64,000 bases of DNA from Camelus dromedarius (taxonomy: Eukaryota). Below the pieces are notes generated by a model. It ran no database searches and had not been told where the DNA came from. It saw only the letters and a list, made by a program, of their open reading frames with translations. Positions 13,101 through 26,450 of the stretch are shown here, piece after piece; within the stretch, counting starts at the first letter, position 1, and every line of letters starts with the position of its first letter. The stretch covers positions 83,950,001-84,014,000 of the forward strand of contig NC_087436.1 in assembly GCF_036321535.1 (NCBI RefSeq), written 5' to 3'. The position numbers and the translations under genes are program-made.

Positions 13101-14140
13101 TTTTTATTTCTCCCTATTTTCCTTTCCCCCTTCTCTGTCTGTGATTTCTGTACTTCTGCACAGAAACCCTTGGTCAATGGATGTTGGAATTCACAGATCT
13201 ATATATATCTCTGTGCCTCATCTCTTAACACTTCCCTCATACTTTTGATCAGTTAGCGTTTATTTGCATGGCATTCTGGGAAAGTATCTAGGATTGATTT
13301 TTCAGCTGCATTTCATTTTCTGTTCATTTCACTTATTGATCATGTTAGTAATTTCTTTCTTTTAGCAGCCTCATCCTTAATGGATGAGTTATCCTTTTGA
13401 ATCTTTCAAAGGTTCCTACTTGTGCTTGTTTTCCAATGTTCCTTGGTTCCTCAGGGCATTAATTCTTTTGTTTATAGATTTCATTAGCTTTCCTTTATGT
13501 TGATGTTCCTCAAATGGTTACTGAATATTCATTGTCTGTTATATCTATAGTTGATATTTGAGATTGCTCTTGGCATCAGGAGAATATGTCAGTGTTCAAA
13601 TGAAAGTTTATGTTGTCTTGGCAGGGAATATAGATTCAGACAATGAGACCTCACTCCTTGTTTGTGTGCATGTGTGTGAGTGTGTGTGCATGTAGCAAGA
13701 ACATGGCCAGGCTGGCTTCCTTTTAGGGAATGCTCATTATGTATTTTCTATATTCTAGGGCTTTGTGTCCTTCATGGCTGCCCGAGATCACCTAGTGCAC
13801 CTGCTTTTCTGTCCCCAGGCTCCCATTTTTAAAGGACTCTACTCATGGAAGGCAGTTGTTCAGAGTCAGCTTCTGAAAGCAAGGGACTAGAACAGCCAGC
13901 AAGGAGAACCATAGCTCACTTTTGTTCTAGGCTCCATTGCCTCTGAACTTAGTGTTACTTCATGATTCAGCTCTGTTGCATTTTTCCATCAGTTCATTCT
14001 CATCAGATATGCCTTTCTGTTCTGCTGTGCTGATGATACATTTTCTGGCTTGACAGAATTGCTGAGGATTTGTTTTTAATGTCATTTCAATGTGGTTTTT
14101 TGAAGGAAAAGATAAAGCCAGACATCTTGAACCAGAAGTG
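10110..14140 (-). mobile_element. Patchwork of ancient L1 fragments, interrupted by an LTR at 11739-12254 and a MIR fragment near 11190-11260
   Basis: Antisense L1 3' motifs such as 'agaattgctggatcttaggatatgcacaccttcaacttt' and 'ccagattgctctccaaagtgg'. Confidence 0.6.
11739..12254 (-). mobile_element. ERV solo LTR (probably ERV1, lineage-specific), copy 1
   Basis: TGTTA...TTACA termini; 4-bp TSD-like GATC/GCTC; minus-strand AATAAA at 11824-11829; homologous to 20118-20638. Confidence 0.85.
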
Positions 14141-14206
14141 TTGAGTTAACAATTTGGAACTGAGGGATACATCATTTATGTTGTGTTGTGTGCTCTGATT
14201 AGAAGC

Positions 14207-14543
14207 GAAAAAAAAAAAAAAAGGATGCAAATGAAATTATTTACAAAACAGAGACAGTCTGAGAGACATAGAAAACAAATTTGTGGTTACCAGTGAGGAA
14301 AGGAGGTGGGGAGGGATAAATTGGGAGCTTGGGCTTTGCAAATAGTAACTAACATATAAAACAGATAAATAACAAGGACCTACTGTATAACACAGGGACT
14401 ATATTCAATACTTTGTAATAGCCTGTAATGAAAAAAATATGAAAAGGAATATATATATATGTATGTGTATACATAACTGAATCACTATGCTGTACATCAG
14501 AAATTAACACAACATTGTACACTGACTATATGTCAATAAAAAA
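14207..14543 (+). mobile_element. Cetartiodactyl-type L1 3' end
   Basis: 'gacatagaaaacaaatttgtggttacc...gaatcactatgctgtacatcagaaa...caataaaaaa'; TSD AGAAGC at 14201-14206 and 14544-14549. Confidence 0.9.
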
Positions 14544-14890
14544 AGAAGCACATGAGAGAATAAGTTCTCTGCATTGAAAAATCATGTCATATATTTAACT
14601 GTATTTTCCATAGTAATTAGAACAGTAAATATTTTTACTATTGAATGATTAAGGCCACTTTTTCTCAAAATCAAATTCATTCCTCTAAAGTATCTAGGTA
14701 AATGTTCCTCAAATTTCCACTTATTCTTTTAAATGTACTTATATGGTGCTACTTTTTTTCTGAAATTCTCCATATAACATCTCTTTATTTCCCAAACTAA
14801 ACGAAGAAAATATTTTCAGCTTTTTAATTTTAACGCAATATTTTTGCTATCCTCTTCTTTGAATGTCTAATGCCCATAGGGTAGACCAAT

Positions 14891-15263
14891 TGTTATGCAC
14901 TATATGATTGTGTCCCACCCAAACTCCTGTGATGAAACCCTAATTCCCAACGTGATGATACTTGGAGAATCTTTGGGTGGTAATTATGTTTAGATAAAGT
15001 CATGGGTGTAGAGGCCCCATAATGGGATTAGTGTATTTATAAGAAGAGGAAAAGACAGGAGAACGTCCTCTCTCCACTGTGTGAGGAGGCAGCAAGAAGA
15101 CAGTTGCCCACAAGCCAAGAGAAAAGGCCTCAGAATGAAGCCAATCCTACTAGCACCTTTATCTTGGACTTTCCAGCCTCCAGAACTGTAAAAAAATACA
15201 CTTCTGGTATTTCAGCCAACCAAACTATGGTATTTTGTATGGCAGCCCCTGCAGACTAAGACA
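14891..15263 (+). mobile_element. MaLR solo LTR (MLT1A-like)
   Basis: TG...'atcttggactttccagcctccagaactgt'...'gcagactaagaCA'. Confidence 0.85.
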
Positions 15264-17607
15264 TAAACACAGAGAGTTCCTGGACTAGGATGTCCATAGT
15301 GGTACCTCGAGTATAAAGCTTCAAATGGAGACTTGGAGGTGATTAGTTCCATCAGCCTATAGTCAGCCCTTCCTCTCCTATTTTATTTGTAGTTTTGTGC
15401 TCCCGTAGGACAACAGACATGCCTTTATTCTAGAACCTCTTATTTCTCTTGTATTTAGACATGTGAGTACCTCATGGTGTTATGTGTCCATCCTTAATAC
15501 TATAAGTAGAACAATTTCTGAGAAATAGCAGTTGCTCAATAATGTTCTCTAACTGAATGAATCATTTTTTAAAAAACATTTCTCTGCTCTATCAAATATA
15601 AAGGGCTCAAGAAAAAGGAAATTTTTTTAATCATTTTGAATCCAAACAAAAATTTAAACAGATCTAATAGCTTAGTATTCACATAGGAAGAATCTCTATT
15701 TCTGACAACTAAAAGTCTTGCTTAGGGGCTGGTGGTTAGCTAATTAACTCGACCTAATCGCATTAGTGAATTGTGTTTTCAGAACAAATCTCTGCCTCAG
15801 AGAATATTTTAATATGTTATTTTCTATTTTGACATGTATATTGAGCTTTGAGAAAATGCATTGGTTTTTTCTTTGCATTTTTTTGAATTGAAATAATAAC
15901 AAGCAATTAAAATTTATGGCTGTGAGTGATGGAGAACTGGGAAAGCCTCCCTTTATTATATTTTCTTCCTAAGTATAAATCATTATAATTGCCTTGAAAT
16001 AAACACAAATATGACTCAGCAGTCTTATCAACGATTGCTTCAACCCCAAAGATTTACAGCATGGCCCAATGAGAACCATAAGTAGCTAAGGAACTCACTT
16101 AAGAAATGACGACAACAAAATAACCTTTTGTGTCCCAGTGACATGGGCCTTGCTGTAGTTATTACAGAAAGCTATAGCAACTGCATTTGGATGGTGAATG
16201 CACTTCATTTATGCAAGCATTCTTTTATATAAGTCTTTGACAGAATTACTAGGGTTTAATTTTGTTTGAAATTTACTCATCAGATAATGGATGCTGTGGC
16301 TTGGCTGAGGTGGGCAGGAGTGACATTGCAGTTGCTTCCTGGTGGCTGCTGCAAACAGCATTGAGAAGTCTCTATTAGGGAAATGAGTCTCTACTGACAG
16401 CACTTAAAATTAGTATATAACTAGGGGGACATTTGTTTGAAGTGAAAAGGTCTCCAGGATATGATGATTTGTGAATCAACATTCTTGATAAGTATAAACT
16501 TTATGAATGGCTTTTTACACTTTTTATTTCTATCACCCTCCTTTCCTCCCACCTGTATCCCCCTCCCCACCAATAAGGCACGGCACGCCTTTGTGCTTGA
16601 CACAGTTATTTCTCGTTGAATTGCAAGTACATCTTGGTGAGGAGGATTTTAGTCCCTTCCCAATTAAATGGGGACAGAAACACGTGGAGGAAGTCCAGTG
16701 ATGATTTGCGTTTATATCCAATCTTAAATGTCAAAACTTCCCAGTAACATTGCACCTATTTTTTGTGATTTTCTCTCCAGCAAGCGATGCATGGTTCTAT
16801 AAATTGCACTTCATCCAAGTAATGAGATGTGAATATAGACTAAGAATGCATCTTAAATCTATGATATTCCCATGATGCCCTATTTTCTCCACTTTAAGAT
16901 AATAAGGACATTCATCATTTTTATTCTGTTATTCTGGTTTGCATTAGATAAAATTTCATACTTTCTCAGAACATCTTGATTTTATTTTATTTATTGCCAA
17001 GTGACAGGTTTACTTTCAGGAGCCTCCAGATGTGCTCTCTGAAAACTGGTGAATTAAAATTCTTGCCATTCTTTCCTGTGACTTTATCATTTTGGTGAGC
17101 CCTTGAAATTGGCAAGTCAGTAAACCAAACTCCCTTCTCTCCAAGCAAAGAATGCTTGTGCTACATAGAAAATCTGCAGACACAGATTCTAATCACAGCC
17201 CCACTTAATACTCACTAAGCTGTGTTTGTAAGTCATTAAACTACAGTATAGCTTCATTTATTAAATGGATTACTTCCTGACCTCAATGTGTTCTCTCTAA
17301 AATAAACCTGAGGTACTTTGTGCTTTGCAAGTAACATAACATGTTTGGCAATAAAACAGCACCATGCAAAAGAACTCCATTAAAATTGTATTACTAGAGG
17401 CAAATAATCAAAATTTTATAATTGTAGAAGAAGAAAAGTACTGAAAAATGGTATTGACTGATACTAAATGCTAAAGATTTGAAAACAAATGTGATAAAAG
17501 TTATGAAAAAAACCAAATTCAGGGTTCCATTTGTACTTTTTAATAAAATAATCCAGGTGTACTTAGAGATGCACACATTATATCCATTTTTGTAAGTGCA
17601 CACATTC

Positions 17608-18080
17608 ATAAGGTTGGAAGGGACTTCTGAAATGAATCCAAATTTCTCTGTCCCACTCTCACTGGATACTTGAATCCTTTTCCATGTTACCTTGACAAGA
17701 GATTATTTAGTATTAACTGAAATACTTCTCATGACACACTCACTGACTACATTTAGCTCCTTGAAAGTTCTCCCAAAGCCTGCTTTCTTAGAATTTCTAC
17801 CCATTAATCTCTGTTTTGCTCTCTGAGGAAAGGGGAAGAAACCCAAACAAATCAAATCAAAACAATACAACTATATCTTTTTCATTAATGGCCTTCAAAT
17901 ATTTAATAATTATCCAAGTCCCAAATGTCTAATTTCTCAAGATTTTCCTATTCTTTGTGGCACCCCATGGCATCATTCTGTCTTTCCTCAGCCCTCACTG
18001 CTACCCAGGATCAGTTTTGCAGATATCCTTCTGAAAGTCTCCTGTCAGATTAACTTGGACTCCAGGAATGGTGGGAGTGG
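17608..18080. mobile_element. Very old LINE remnant (CR1/L3-like)
   Basis: 'aggttggaagggacttctga' followed by degenerate CR1-like text. Confidence 0.35.
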
Positions 18081-18199
18081 TTTAACGTGAGCAGAATTAG
18101 CCAATATCCTCCAGGCTTCATTATATTATGAACCAACAGGACTCCATCTGCCAAGACATAGGATGAAACAAAGGATGAAATTATCATCCTTTAATGTGT

Positions 18200-18330
18200 C
18201 TCTTTCATTCATTTATTCATTCATTCAAGAACTACATTTTGAGCATATACTAATTTTCAGGCATTTTCCTATGTGTTGGGGATAACAGAGTTGACATTTT
18301 CCCTTATGGAATATGTAGTCTAGAAGAAGA
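18200..18330 (-). mobile_element. L2 3' tail
   Basis: 'cattcatttattcattcattcaag...ttgagcatatact'. Confidence 0.65.
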
Positions 18331-18730
18331 GAGAGGGGAAAAAAATGTTCCAATCTGGGACTTGCTAAGTAAAAAGTCAGATGCCAAAATAATTGGATTG
18401 TAGTAAAGGGAGGAATGTTCATTAAATTAGGTATCCACAAAGTCCTCTTTCGGGAGATGCCATTTCAGCTCAGTCCTAATGGGTGAGAAGAAGCAAGTCA
18501 TTAACCAGGTATTTAGAGCTGCCCTGCCCCCCTTCACTTTGCAACTCCGCTGCCCTGTTGGTTGTGTTTTTGCCCCAGTGTGGCTGTCCACACCGGCAGG
18601 CCATCTCCTCTGGACCAACCAGAAGGGCTGCTGGCTTGCTCAGGCAATCTTCTACAGTAGGGGGCCTGTCTGCACTGCCCAAGCTCCAGCGGGGCTTCCT
18701 ACCCAGGAGTAAAAAGTTTTCTCTACACTC

Positions 18731-19179
18731 TGTATTAGTTGTCTAGGGTTGCCATCATAAATTGCCACAAACTTGGATGATTTAAAGCAACATAATATAT
18801 TGTCTCACGGTTCTAAAGGCTAGAGGCTCAAACTCAAGGTATCAGTAGGTCTGCGCTCTCTCTGAAGGCCCTGGGGAAAAATCATCCTTGACTCTCAGCT
18901 TCCAGGGATTGCTGGCCATCACCTTCCTTGTCTTATAGATGCATCACTCTTATCTCTGTCTCTATAGTCACATGGTATTCTCTGTGTCTGTGTCCATATT
19001 GTCCCCTTCTTGGAAGGGCATCAGCCATCGGGTTTAGTACCCATCCTAATCCAGTACGATCTCAAATCGGTTACATCTGCAAAGACTCTATTTCCAAATA
19101 AGATCACACTCGTAGGTATGGAGGGTCAGGACTCAGACATATCTTTTTCGGGAGGGGGGACACAATTTAGCCCACAGCA
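18731..19179 (-). mobile_element. MaLR solo LTR (MLT1C-like)
   Basis: TGTATTAG...CA termini; 5-bp TSD-like CACTC/CACTG; 'acatctgcaaagactctatttccaaataag'. Confidence 0.85.
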
Positions 19180-19527
19180 CACTGAAGTCTCCAAATGCAT
19201 TTGAGTCTGCTCTTGTAGAGCTTCTTGCTGACCACCTATGTATGGGTCTTCTTTGTTCAACTAACTTTTCTTCCCCAAGTAGGGAAAACTTTCCCTTATT
19301 ATGTTTAGGGAAGTACCTCCCAAACTAAACAAACAAACAAATAAACAAACTGAAGCCTTGCTTGGGCCACTAGTGATAGAACTATTTCTTTCATTGTTTT
19401 AACCACAATTCTTTTCTTCCCAAAGAGCAAATTCCCCCAGGACTCAGAGGTAGGGAGTGATGAAAGTAAGCCTCATGAGCACCCAAATCATCATTTCCTC
19501 CCGATTTCTAGCCCACAATATTAACAT

Positions 19528-19528
19528 T

Positions 19529-19575
<47 letters not shown>
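19528..19575. repeat. (TTTA)12 microsatellite
   Basis: Direct reading. Confidence 0.95.
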
Positions 19576-20117
19576 GGTGATTTCTCTTTTAGTAACTCCT
19601 GTGTTTCTCCTGCTTTGCTCTCTTTCTCCCTGCGTTCATAGATCAGATACACTGTTCTATGTCTGCTCCCTGGAGGGTGGCATTTTTATTGTACAGGTCT
19701 CCTAAACCACACACAAATTTTTAGTGTTTTAGCAATGAAGGAAACTTGTGTTCCAAGAGAAGGAAGTGGACAGCTGGGGGGCATGGTATCAATTCCTGGT
19801 CTATTTAAGATACTTTGTTATATCTATAACACCAAGAATCTCTTGAGAGTGATATGAAAGATGAAAAACATCAAGACTAGGCACAGGGCTAGCTGTCCTC
19901 TCTGCTGAACTTGGTGACAGAGTGGGAATTTAGCTAATAAGCCAGAACAGCTTTAAGAAAGGACATATACAAAGACAAATGGTGGAGTGGACCATTGAAT
20001 TAGGGCCTCAACAGGCTATTGAACTAAGCGAGGAAGAAAGAAAATTGATTTTTAAAATCTATCCTCAAATTTTTAGAACACTTTATATTGTGATATAAAT
20101 ATATACATATATGGGCA

Positions 20118-20638
20118 GATTAATGAGTCCAAACTCCTTCTGCTTGTCACATGACAGGCCAATAAATTGGGAGATGAGGTGTTGGGGCGAGGAATAGCAA
20201 CTTTATTTGTAAGGCCAGCAGACTGAGAAGATGGGGGACTAATGCCCTAGAGAACCATCTTACCCAAGTCAAAATTCAGCCTCCTTTTATAATAAAAAGG
20301 GGAGAGGGTGTGGTTAGCTGTTGCAAACTTCTTGTTGTCAGAATCCTTTGTTCTTGCAGCTGTCCACATAGGTTGGGTCATGAAGTTCCTGTAAACTTCC
20401 AACAAGATAAATGTTAATTCTCTGTTCTGCAACATTTTATTTCTATATGAGTGGAAAAGTGTTATACCCTTAAAGGTCAGAGCCTTACGAATGGGCTATC
20501 CTGTACATTTCAGGCTGTAGGCAACATTCTTTTACAAAAGGTGCAGAACCGGCATGACTAAGCACAGAAAACAGAGCGCAGGGTTAGAGCTAAAGGAACA
20601 GATCTAATGTGGAGTCAGATTTGTTCTTCCATATTACA
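20118..20638 (-). mobile_element. ERV solo LTR, copy 2 (same family as 11739-12254)
   Basis: Collinear similarity to copy 1; perfect 4-bp TSD GGCA at 20114-20117 and 20639-20642; ends TTACA. Confidence 0.85.
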
Positions 20639-20651
20639 GGCATACATTTAA

Positions 20652-20673
20652 GTGTGTGTGTGTGTGTGTGTGT
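20652..20673. repeat. (GT)n microsatellite
   Basis: Direct reading. Confidence 0.9.
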
Positions 20674-20804
20674 ATATGAAATTTATAGTGGATGCAAATT
20701 TTCTGATTATTGGGAAGATAAATTGCAGAGTGGAGCAGCAATTAATCAAGAGGCTCAACTCTAGATTAATTTTTGCTCACTAAGAAGTTTTTCTACTACT
20801 AGTG

Positions 20805-21230
20805 TACATCATCAGTTATAAGATGTACACTTTAGTTATATTTTAATATCTCTAAATTCAGGATGTGTCTTGCAAATAATTGTGTCTTCCAACTATTACT
20901 GGTGGGGCCAGTGAGGACCTGATTGTCTTTGCCTTTAAATGCAGGAATGCGGAAATAGCTTTACGCATTTCACAGCCACTTAGTTATGTGCGTTATTAGT
21001 ATCACGTATGTTGATTTTAATTGCTGTTTCAATCGCTTCAGAAAGAATCCAATATACTTTTACTTTACATTGAAAATTTATTGTGTATGAGGAAAAATAA
21101 AATAACTCAAAAATCATGTTTAAATAATGCTGAAAAGACTCTTTCAATAAGTGTGAGACAAATTTTCTACAAAAGGAAGCCTTGTGTCATAGTTTAATTG
21201 GGAACATTTTTTCCCTAGTAGTACTGTACA
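20805..21230. mobile_element. Old TcMar-Tc2 DNA transposon remnant (Kanga/MER104-like)
   Basis: 'taagatgtacacttttagttatattttaatatctctaaattcaggatgtgtctt' resembles my recollection of the Kanga-type terminus. Confidence 0.45.
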
Positions 21231-21459
21231 TAAAATAATGTACATCTTCAATAAATGACATATTAGAGTCAAGGAAATGAAGTAATTTATTCCCTCAGGT
21301 GCAGAGAAACATGAAATATTCAAAACCTGGTTTTCCATAACTGTTTGGCTTCTAGACTAATTATACACTTACATCAGTATAACTCAGGAAAATAAACCTT
21401 TTGGTAGCAAATAAACAGCATCAGAGGACCCAGGGAAAAATCTAAAGATTGCTTTATGA

Positions 21460-22040
21460 ATCCCGTTACTACTATCCTGGTCCAAACCCCCATCATCTCC
21501 CATTAGAACTATTTCAACAGCTCCTTCAATGGCCTCCCTGCAAACTCTTTAGTGACTTCCCATTGGATTTAGAAGAAAATCTAAATTCTTTAGTGGTGCC
21601 TGCAAGTTCCACCTTCTTGAACTGCACTGGCCTTGCCCACCTCGCCTTTCTGCTACTCTGCCTTGCCAGGCATCTTCCCATTTTACTGCCTTCAGCTGGC
21701 TCTTGTCTCATCCTGCAATAGCCTCCTCCCAGTTCTGACTTACTGCCTCTTGTCATTCAACTCAAAGGTCACTGTCTCAGAGAGACCTTCCTTAGCCAGT
21801 CAATCTACCAGTCCTTTAACTGTTATCATAGCACATTGGTTTATTTTGTTTTTATGGCAAACATCACTCTCGGAAACTATCTTGTTTGTTCACTTCTTAG
21901 TTAACTGTCTTTCTCTTACTAAGATGTAACTGCACTAGAAAGAGGGCAGCAGGGGCTGGTGGGTCTGTTCAGTGTTATTTATTTCCTAACACTGTAACAT
22001 TACTAACCATTTGCTGAATGAGTGAATGAATGAATAAACA
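21460..22040 (+). mobile_element. L2 3' portion
   Basis: 'tcagagagaccttcctt' and tail 'ttgctgaatgagtgaatgaatgaa'. Confidence 0.75.
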
Positions 22041-22599
22041 AATTGTAATTGGCCCATCTGGTAGGAAGGAAAAAGTGCTTTAATGAGCTAGGGAGATCTA
22101 CAAAAGTCTGCTGACATATAAACATATATATGTATAAATGTGAAAATGTGACCAGATAAAACTCTATTTACATAAAAATGGACAAATATTTCAGAAAGTA
22201 TCAGAAGCTTAAAAACCAGAAAATGGAGCACGTGAAGAGGTGGAAGAAGCAAGGAGTGACAGACTTTGGCCATGATGGTAGTGACTTAGGCACAGATTAG
22301 AATCGGCCGTGGTGATGATGTGTAACAAATACTGATGATGGAGAGAAGAGACAGACGGCAGAGCAGCTTGAAAGTCTTGAGGTGGGGAGAGTGCACATGC
22401 TCCACCACAAAGCCCTTGTGGGAGTTCATGTGTTCCATAGCACGCTGCCAAGCAGCTGAGCTCAGTGGTCTCGGGCCGGGAGGTGGCATTAACTCTGTAG
22501 GATGCTGTGGTTTTAATGAAACTCTACAAGACCAAAGTATTCCCAGCAAAGTTAAATACTTGTGAGGATCAGGGTAAGTTGTAGGAGAAGCAGGCGGTG

Positions 22600-22827
22600 G
22601 GCGAAGCTCGTACCCACTAAGAGGGCCAGCTGCTGACCCGTGGGAATGTGAGCCCAGCATCCTGAGATCTTTGGACTTTTCTAGCAGGCCAGATATCTGG
22701 ATTTTTATATGAAATTTCCTAACACGTTGAAGTTGGCAACAAATCTACTTACAAAAACACACCGTGAGCCAAACAAACAGATCTGTAGTCTAAATCTAAC
22801 CCATAGCTAACCAGGCTGCAGCCTCTT
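22600..22827. mobile_element. hAT-Charlie MER remnant (MER102/103-like)
   Basis: 'atctggatttttatatgaaatttcc...gttggcaac...gagccaaacaa'. Confidence 0.5.
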
Positions 22828-22919
22828 GTTTATAAGGATTTTCTCAGTATTATCCTTTTAGAAATGTCCAAGAACCTTATGAAAAGAATAGGTGGAAATT
22901 CAAAAGTTTTGATTATGGA

Positions 22920-23700
22920 ATGAGCACATTCTTCTTTTAAAATAATTTGAAAGTAGAGGAAAGCAAAACATTTAGAAACAAGAAAGTCTATTGAGGCTCT
23001 TGTGTTCCTACATTAGAAAACATTCTAGTGTATTTTTTTCCTGCAGTTGGGACAAATGATCACTAATAAAATGCACGCCTATATGCACGCACACACACAC
23101 ACACACTACCTACATATGCATAGGTAGCTAGGTAGCTTTAAGTCTCGCTGTTTCTTTCAATATCAGATTATAAATATAAAGCATTTTCTTGTTATTAAAT
23201 ATCTCATGAATATTATTTTAAAGGCTGTACACTACTCCATTGTAATTATGGATGATTATTTACTTGAAGTTTTTTTAATTTTAGATGTTCACATTACTTT
23301 ACTTCCATTTTTTTTTAACTCTGACAAGTAACCTAATAATGAACAACTTTATACCTAAATATTGGCTTGTATTTCACCTTATTTCATTAGATGTGATTGC
23401 TAGAAGTAGAACAGATGTTGCTGGTGAATGAAACCAAATTAATTTTTTAAATTTTGCCAAAAAATCACTTCCAAGAGCAATTTTGAAGGTATATAACGTA
23501 TTCCTTTCTATCATTAAAAAAGGACAGAAAGGAGCTTAATTTCCACTTGATGCAAGTTCAATTACTACTAAGACTGATTATATTTTATATGACAATTAGC
23601 TTCTGTACCTATTGCTTCTTTTGAGTTATCTCATTTTCTTCTTTGGTTATTCTTTGAAAGTTGAGAGTCTACTAAATATATTAATCTTACTTCTCTTGTA
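22920..23700 (-). mobile_element. Ancient L1 3' region fragments
   Basis: 'ttttaaaggctgtacactactccattgt', 'gattgctagaagtagaa'. Confidence 0.5.
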
Positions 23701-24790
23701 TAGGAAATATGACACTATTTTCCTGTTGGTGTTTTAATTCTGGTATGGTTCGGGGGACAGAAGCAGTTAGTGGCCTGCCAGTGACCTTTGGTGGAAAGAG
23801 GGATGCTCAGGGGCTTCAGGGCCATGTGATGACTTGGGAGGCTAGGTGGTCCCTTAGTGTGGCAATTCTAGTAAGAACTCCAAGGAGGCACTGGAGATGA
23901 GGAAGGATCCAAGTGGTTTGGTTAGTGGTCTGAGAGTGGTAAATTAGGGGGTAGCACTCACCTGAATATGACCAGCAAGCTATCAACCAAAGAAAGCAAC
24001 TGAGAAAGAAAAAGTGCCATGACAAAGTCAGGGATGGGGGTCTCTCCAACATAATCAGTGTTGCAGCTAAGTGGGCTGGAGCCAGCCTGATTTTTGTGCC
24101 TTGTAGATAGACATTTCCCTCAGCTTGGTTGGGTGATTATTAACTTCTTTCTTCATCCCTGTAATTAAAGTAGCCAAAATATATCTATTTTTAAATCAAT
24201 TTTCCATGAAACACGATGAAACCTTTCATTGTACCTTCTGATGCTTCTGTTCAGTTTAGCAAAAATTTGCTCTGTTTATAATTGTTGCATTTCCATTTAC
24301 TCATATTTGTAGGTTGGCTCTCTATCTCTCTATTTTTTTCTCTCATCACCTTCTTTTCTCTATTAAGTTGATTCTTAGCATCATTTATTCAGTTAACCAC
24401 AATTAACATTTGGTTTTCTGATTGACACCAATACAGATTTTAAATTTGCTGTTGTAATTGGAGATTTTTGTGTTTTTTAAAAATTTTATTCAATTCCTTT
24501 TTTGCCATTGTCTTCAATTTAAGCCTTTCTTTCCCTATGGATTCCATCTTCTTTCCATCCTCTCATCTCCCTCTGAATGCATTAAACACATGCTTCCTAA
24601 AAGCAATTGCATTTTACGGCTAATCTGGTTTTATGTCTCTGTCCTTTTAATGTGGGTAATTGTGTCTGAGAGAACGGAATACAAAGCACGCAGGCCCTGC
24701 ACCACAAGACCATATTTCTGCTCACAGGAAACATGTTTTTCTCTCTTTTTCATTTCCAACATTTTCATCTCTTTTCATTTCCACAGTTTC

Positions 24791-25215
24791 TGTGTCAGTT
24801 CAGGAACTTTGGGAAGCAGATGCTGAGATGGAGTTAGGAATACAAGAGATTTGTAAGAGGTAATGCCTGTGAAAGGCAAAGAGGAGAGGGCGCAGGCGTA
24901 ATGGCTGCAGATGGCAATCCAGGTCTAAATCCTGTGAAAGGAGAAGGCTCAGGGAAGAGGATGGGATGGAAAAGGTTCAGACTGAAGTCCAGGAGTGAGA
25001 GCGTCTTGGCCAGTCCTGTGAAGACTGCTCATTAGAGAAGGGCGACACAGAATAGAAACGGCTGATCTCCGGTGTCCCCACTGTGAGTGTAATTGGCTAG
25101 GGATTGTCTGGGGAGAGAGTGGCCTCTGCAATGAACACTGAAGGCACAGCAGAAGGAGAAAAACTTGCAGCAGGTTCTCAAAGGAAGATCCAAGGAAGTA
25201 CCACCATGGTCGCAG
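24791..25215. mobile_element. Old ERVL-class solo LTR
   Basis: 'ggaagcagatgctgagatggagttaggaatacaagagattt...gtaatgcctgtgaaagg'. Confidence 0.6.
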
Positions 25216-25579
25216 CCAAAGGTAATAAGAGAATCAATACTCTTCATTCTAAAAACATGTCCTTTTCTGACCTCAAGGTGTCATAGTTTCTAAAGATGTT
25301 TTTCTGGTTCTCATCTGGAAGGACTATTTCTTCTTATATAAAGAAACAGGAGTGTGTGATGGTCAGTACATTTGATAGGACTCAGCAGGCTCTATACTCT
25401 GTTGACAGTCCATTCTCTTCCCTGAACACTACATATTTTTGCATAAGCATGTCTGTTCCATGAAACTGTCCTTTCACTTGATTTGGGCCACTCTATTTCA
25501 GCTAATTCTTGGACCCTTTCTACTGTTGTTTTTGCACAACCTGCCAGCTCCCTGTTTTAATTTCCTCTTCTTCCAGGGT

Positions 25580-26450
25580 CTGCGTTGACCTGAAACGGAG
25601 TACTGATTGCTGAGTATGTCCTCCTTTTGTGCTGTCTTCCTCTGAAGAGTTTAGCAGTTTCAAATCACACCAACTTACTCCTGGTTTAATGCCCTCCAAT
25701 GGCACCCCAGTGCCTTTAAAATAGCCCCCGAACTTCTTACCATGGTCTATAGGATCTTGTGTGATCTTCTGCCAACCTCCTGACCTCATCTCCCATGGCT
25801 GTTTGCCCTTGATCACCATATTCTAAACACACTGACTTTCTTACAGTTCCCTGAATACCTGACACTCTATTTGGGCTCAGACTCTTCCCTCTGCTATTGC
25901 ACCATGAAGTTCCTGCTCAAGTACCGGTGTTTCAGAAGCCTTCCTTGACTGCCCTACTTAGAGTACAACCACCCCAGTCACTCTCTAGTCCCTTCCCACA
26001 CTTTCCCCTGTCGCTAACAATGCTGTCGTAAATCAGTTTTGCCCTGCATCTTACTGCTGCGTGGTGTCAGCATTTTCTTAGGCTTGGCATGTATACTCAG
26101 GATATTTGTGTATTGTTAGATGAGATGAGACTTAATCCATGCTACAGCCAGCGGGGAGACCTCAAGGCTTCTAGGGAATACAAAACAATGTTAGCCATTC
26201 TGGGCTGTGCCCAGGCCTTCACTATCTGGCTCCAACTCTCTACCCCGCTGTTTGTCTGGAATTATATCATTTGCATGTTGTCTTATTTAATATCTATCTT
26301 CCCCAACTAGAAATAATTTTCCAGGATATCAAGGGTTTTGTTAGATACATAAATTCCTGTATGCCCTACCCTAGAACAGTGCCCGTAACACTGTGGGCTT
26401 TCCAATTTATATGTGTTCAGTAAAGGAGGGAGTGAGTGAATTCATGGATG
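25580..26450 (+). mobile_element. L2 fragments
   Basis: 'ccctccaatggcacccc', 'tcagaagccttccttgact', 'cctagaacagtgcc'. Confidence 0.65.

Noticed and set aside
11739..20638. Full-length provirus (LTR - about 7.9 kb - LTR)
   Set aside because: Each LTR has its own TSD and the outer flanks (GATC versus GGCA) do not match. The interval has no gag/pol/env remnants and is made of older L1, MLT1, L2 and unique DNA.
23107..23135. Hairpin CTACCTA...TAGGTAG as a small-RNA precursor
   Set aside because: The stem is only 7 bp and adjoins a CA microsatellite inside an old L1.
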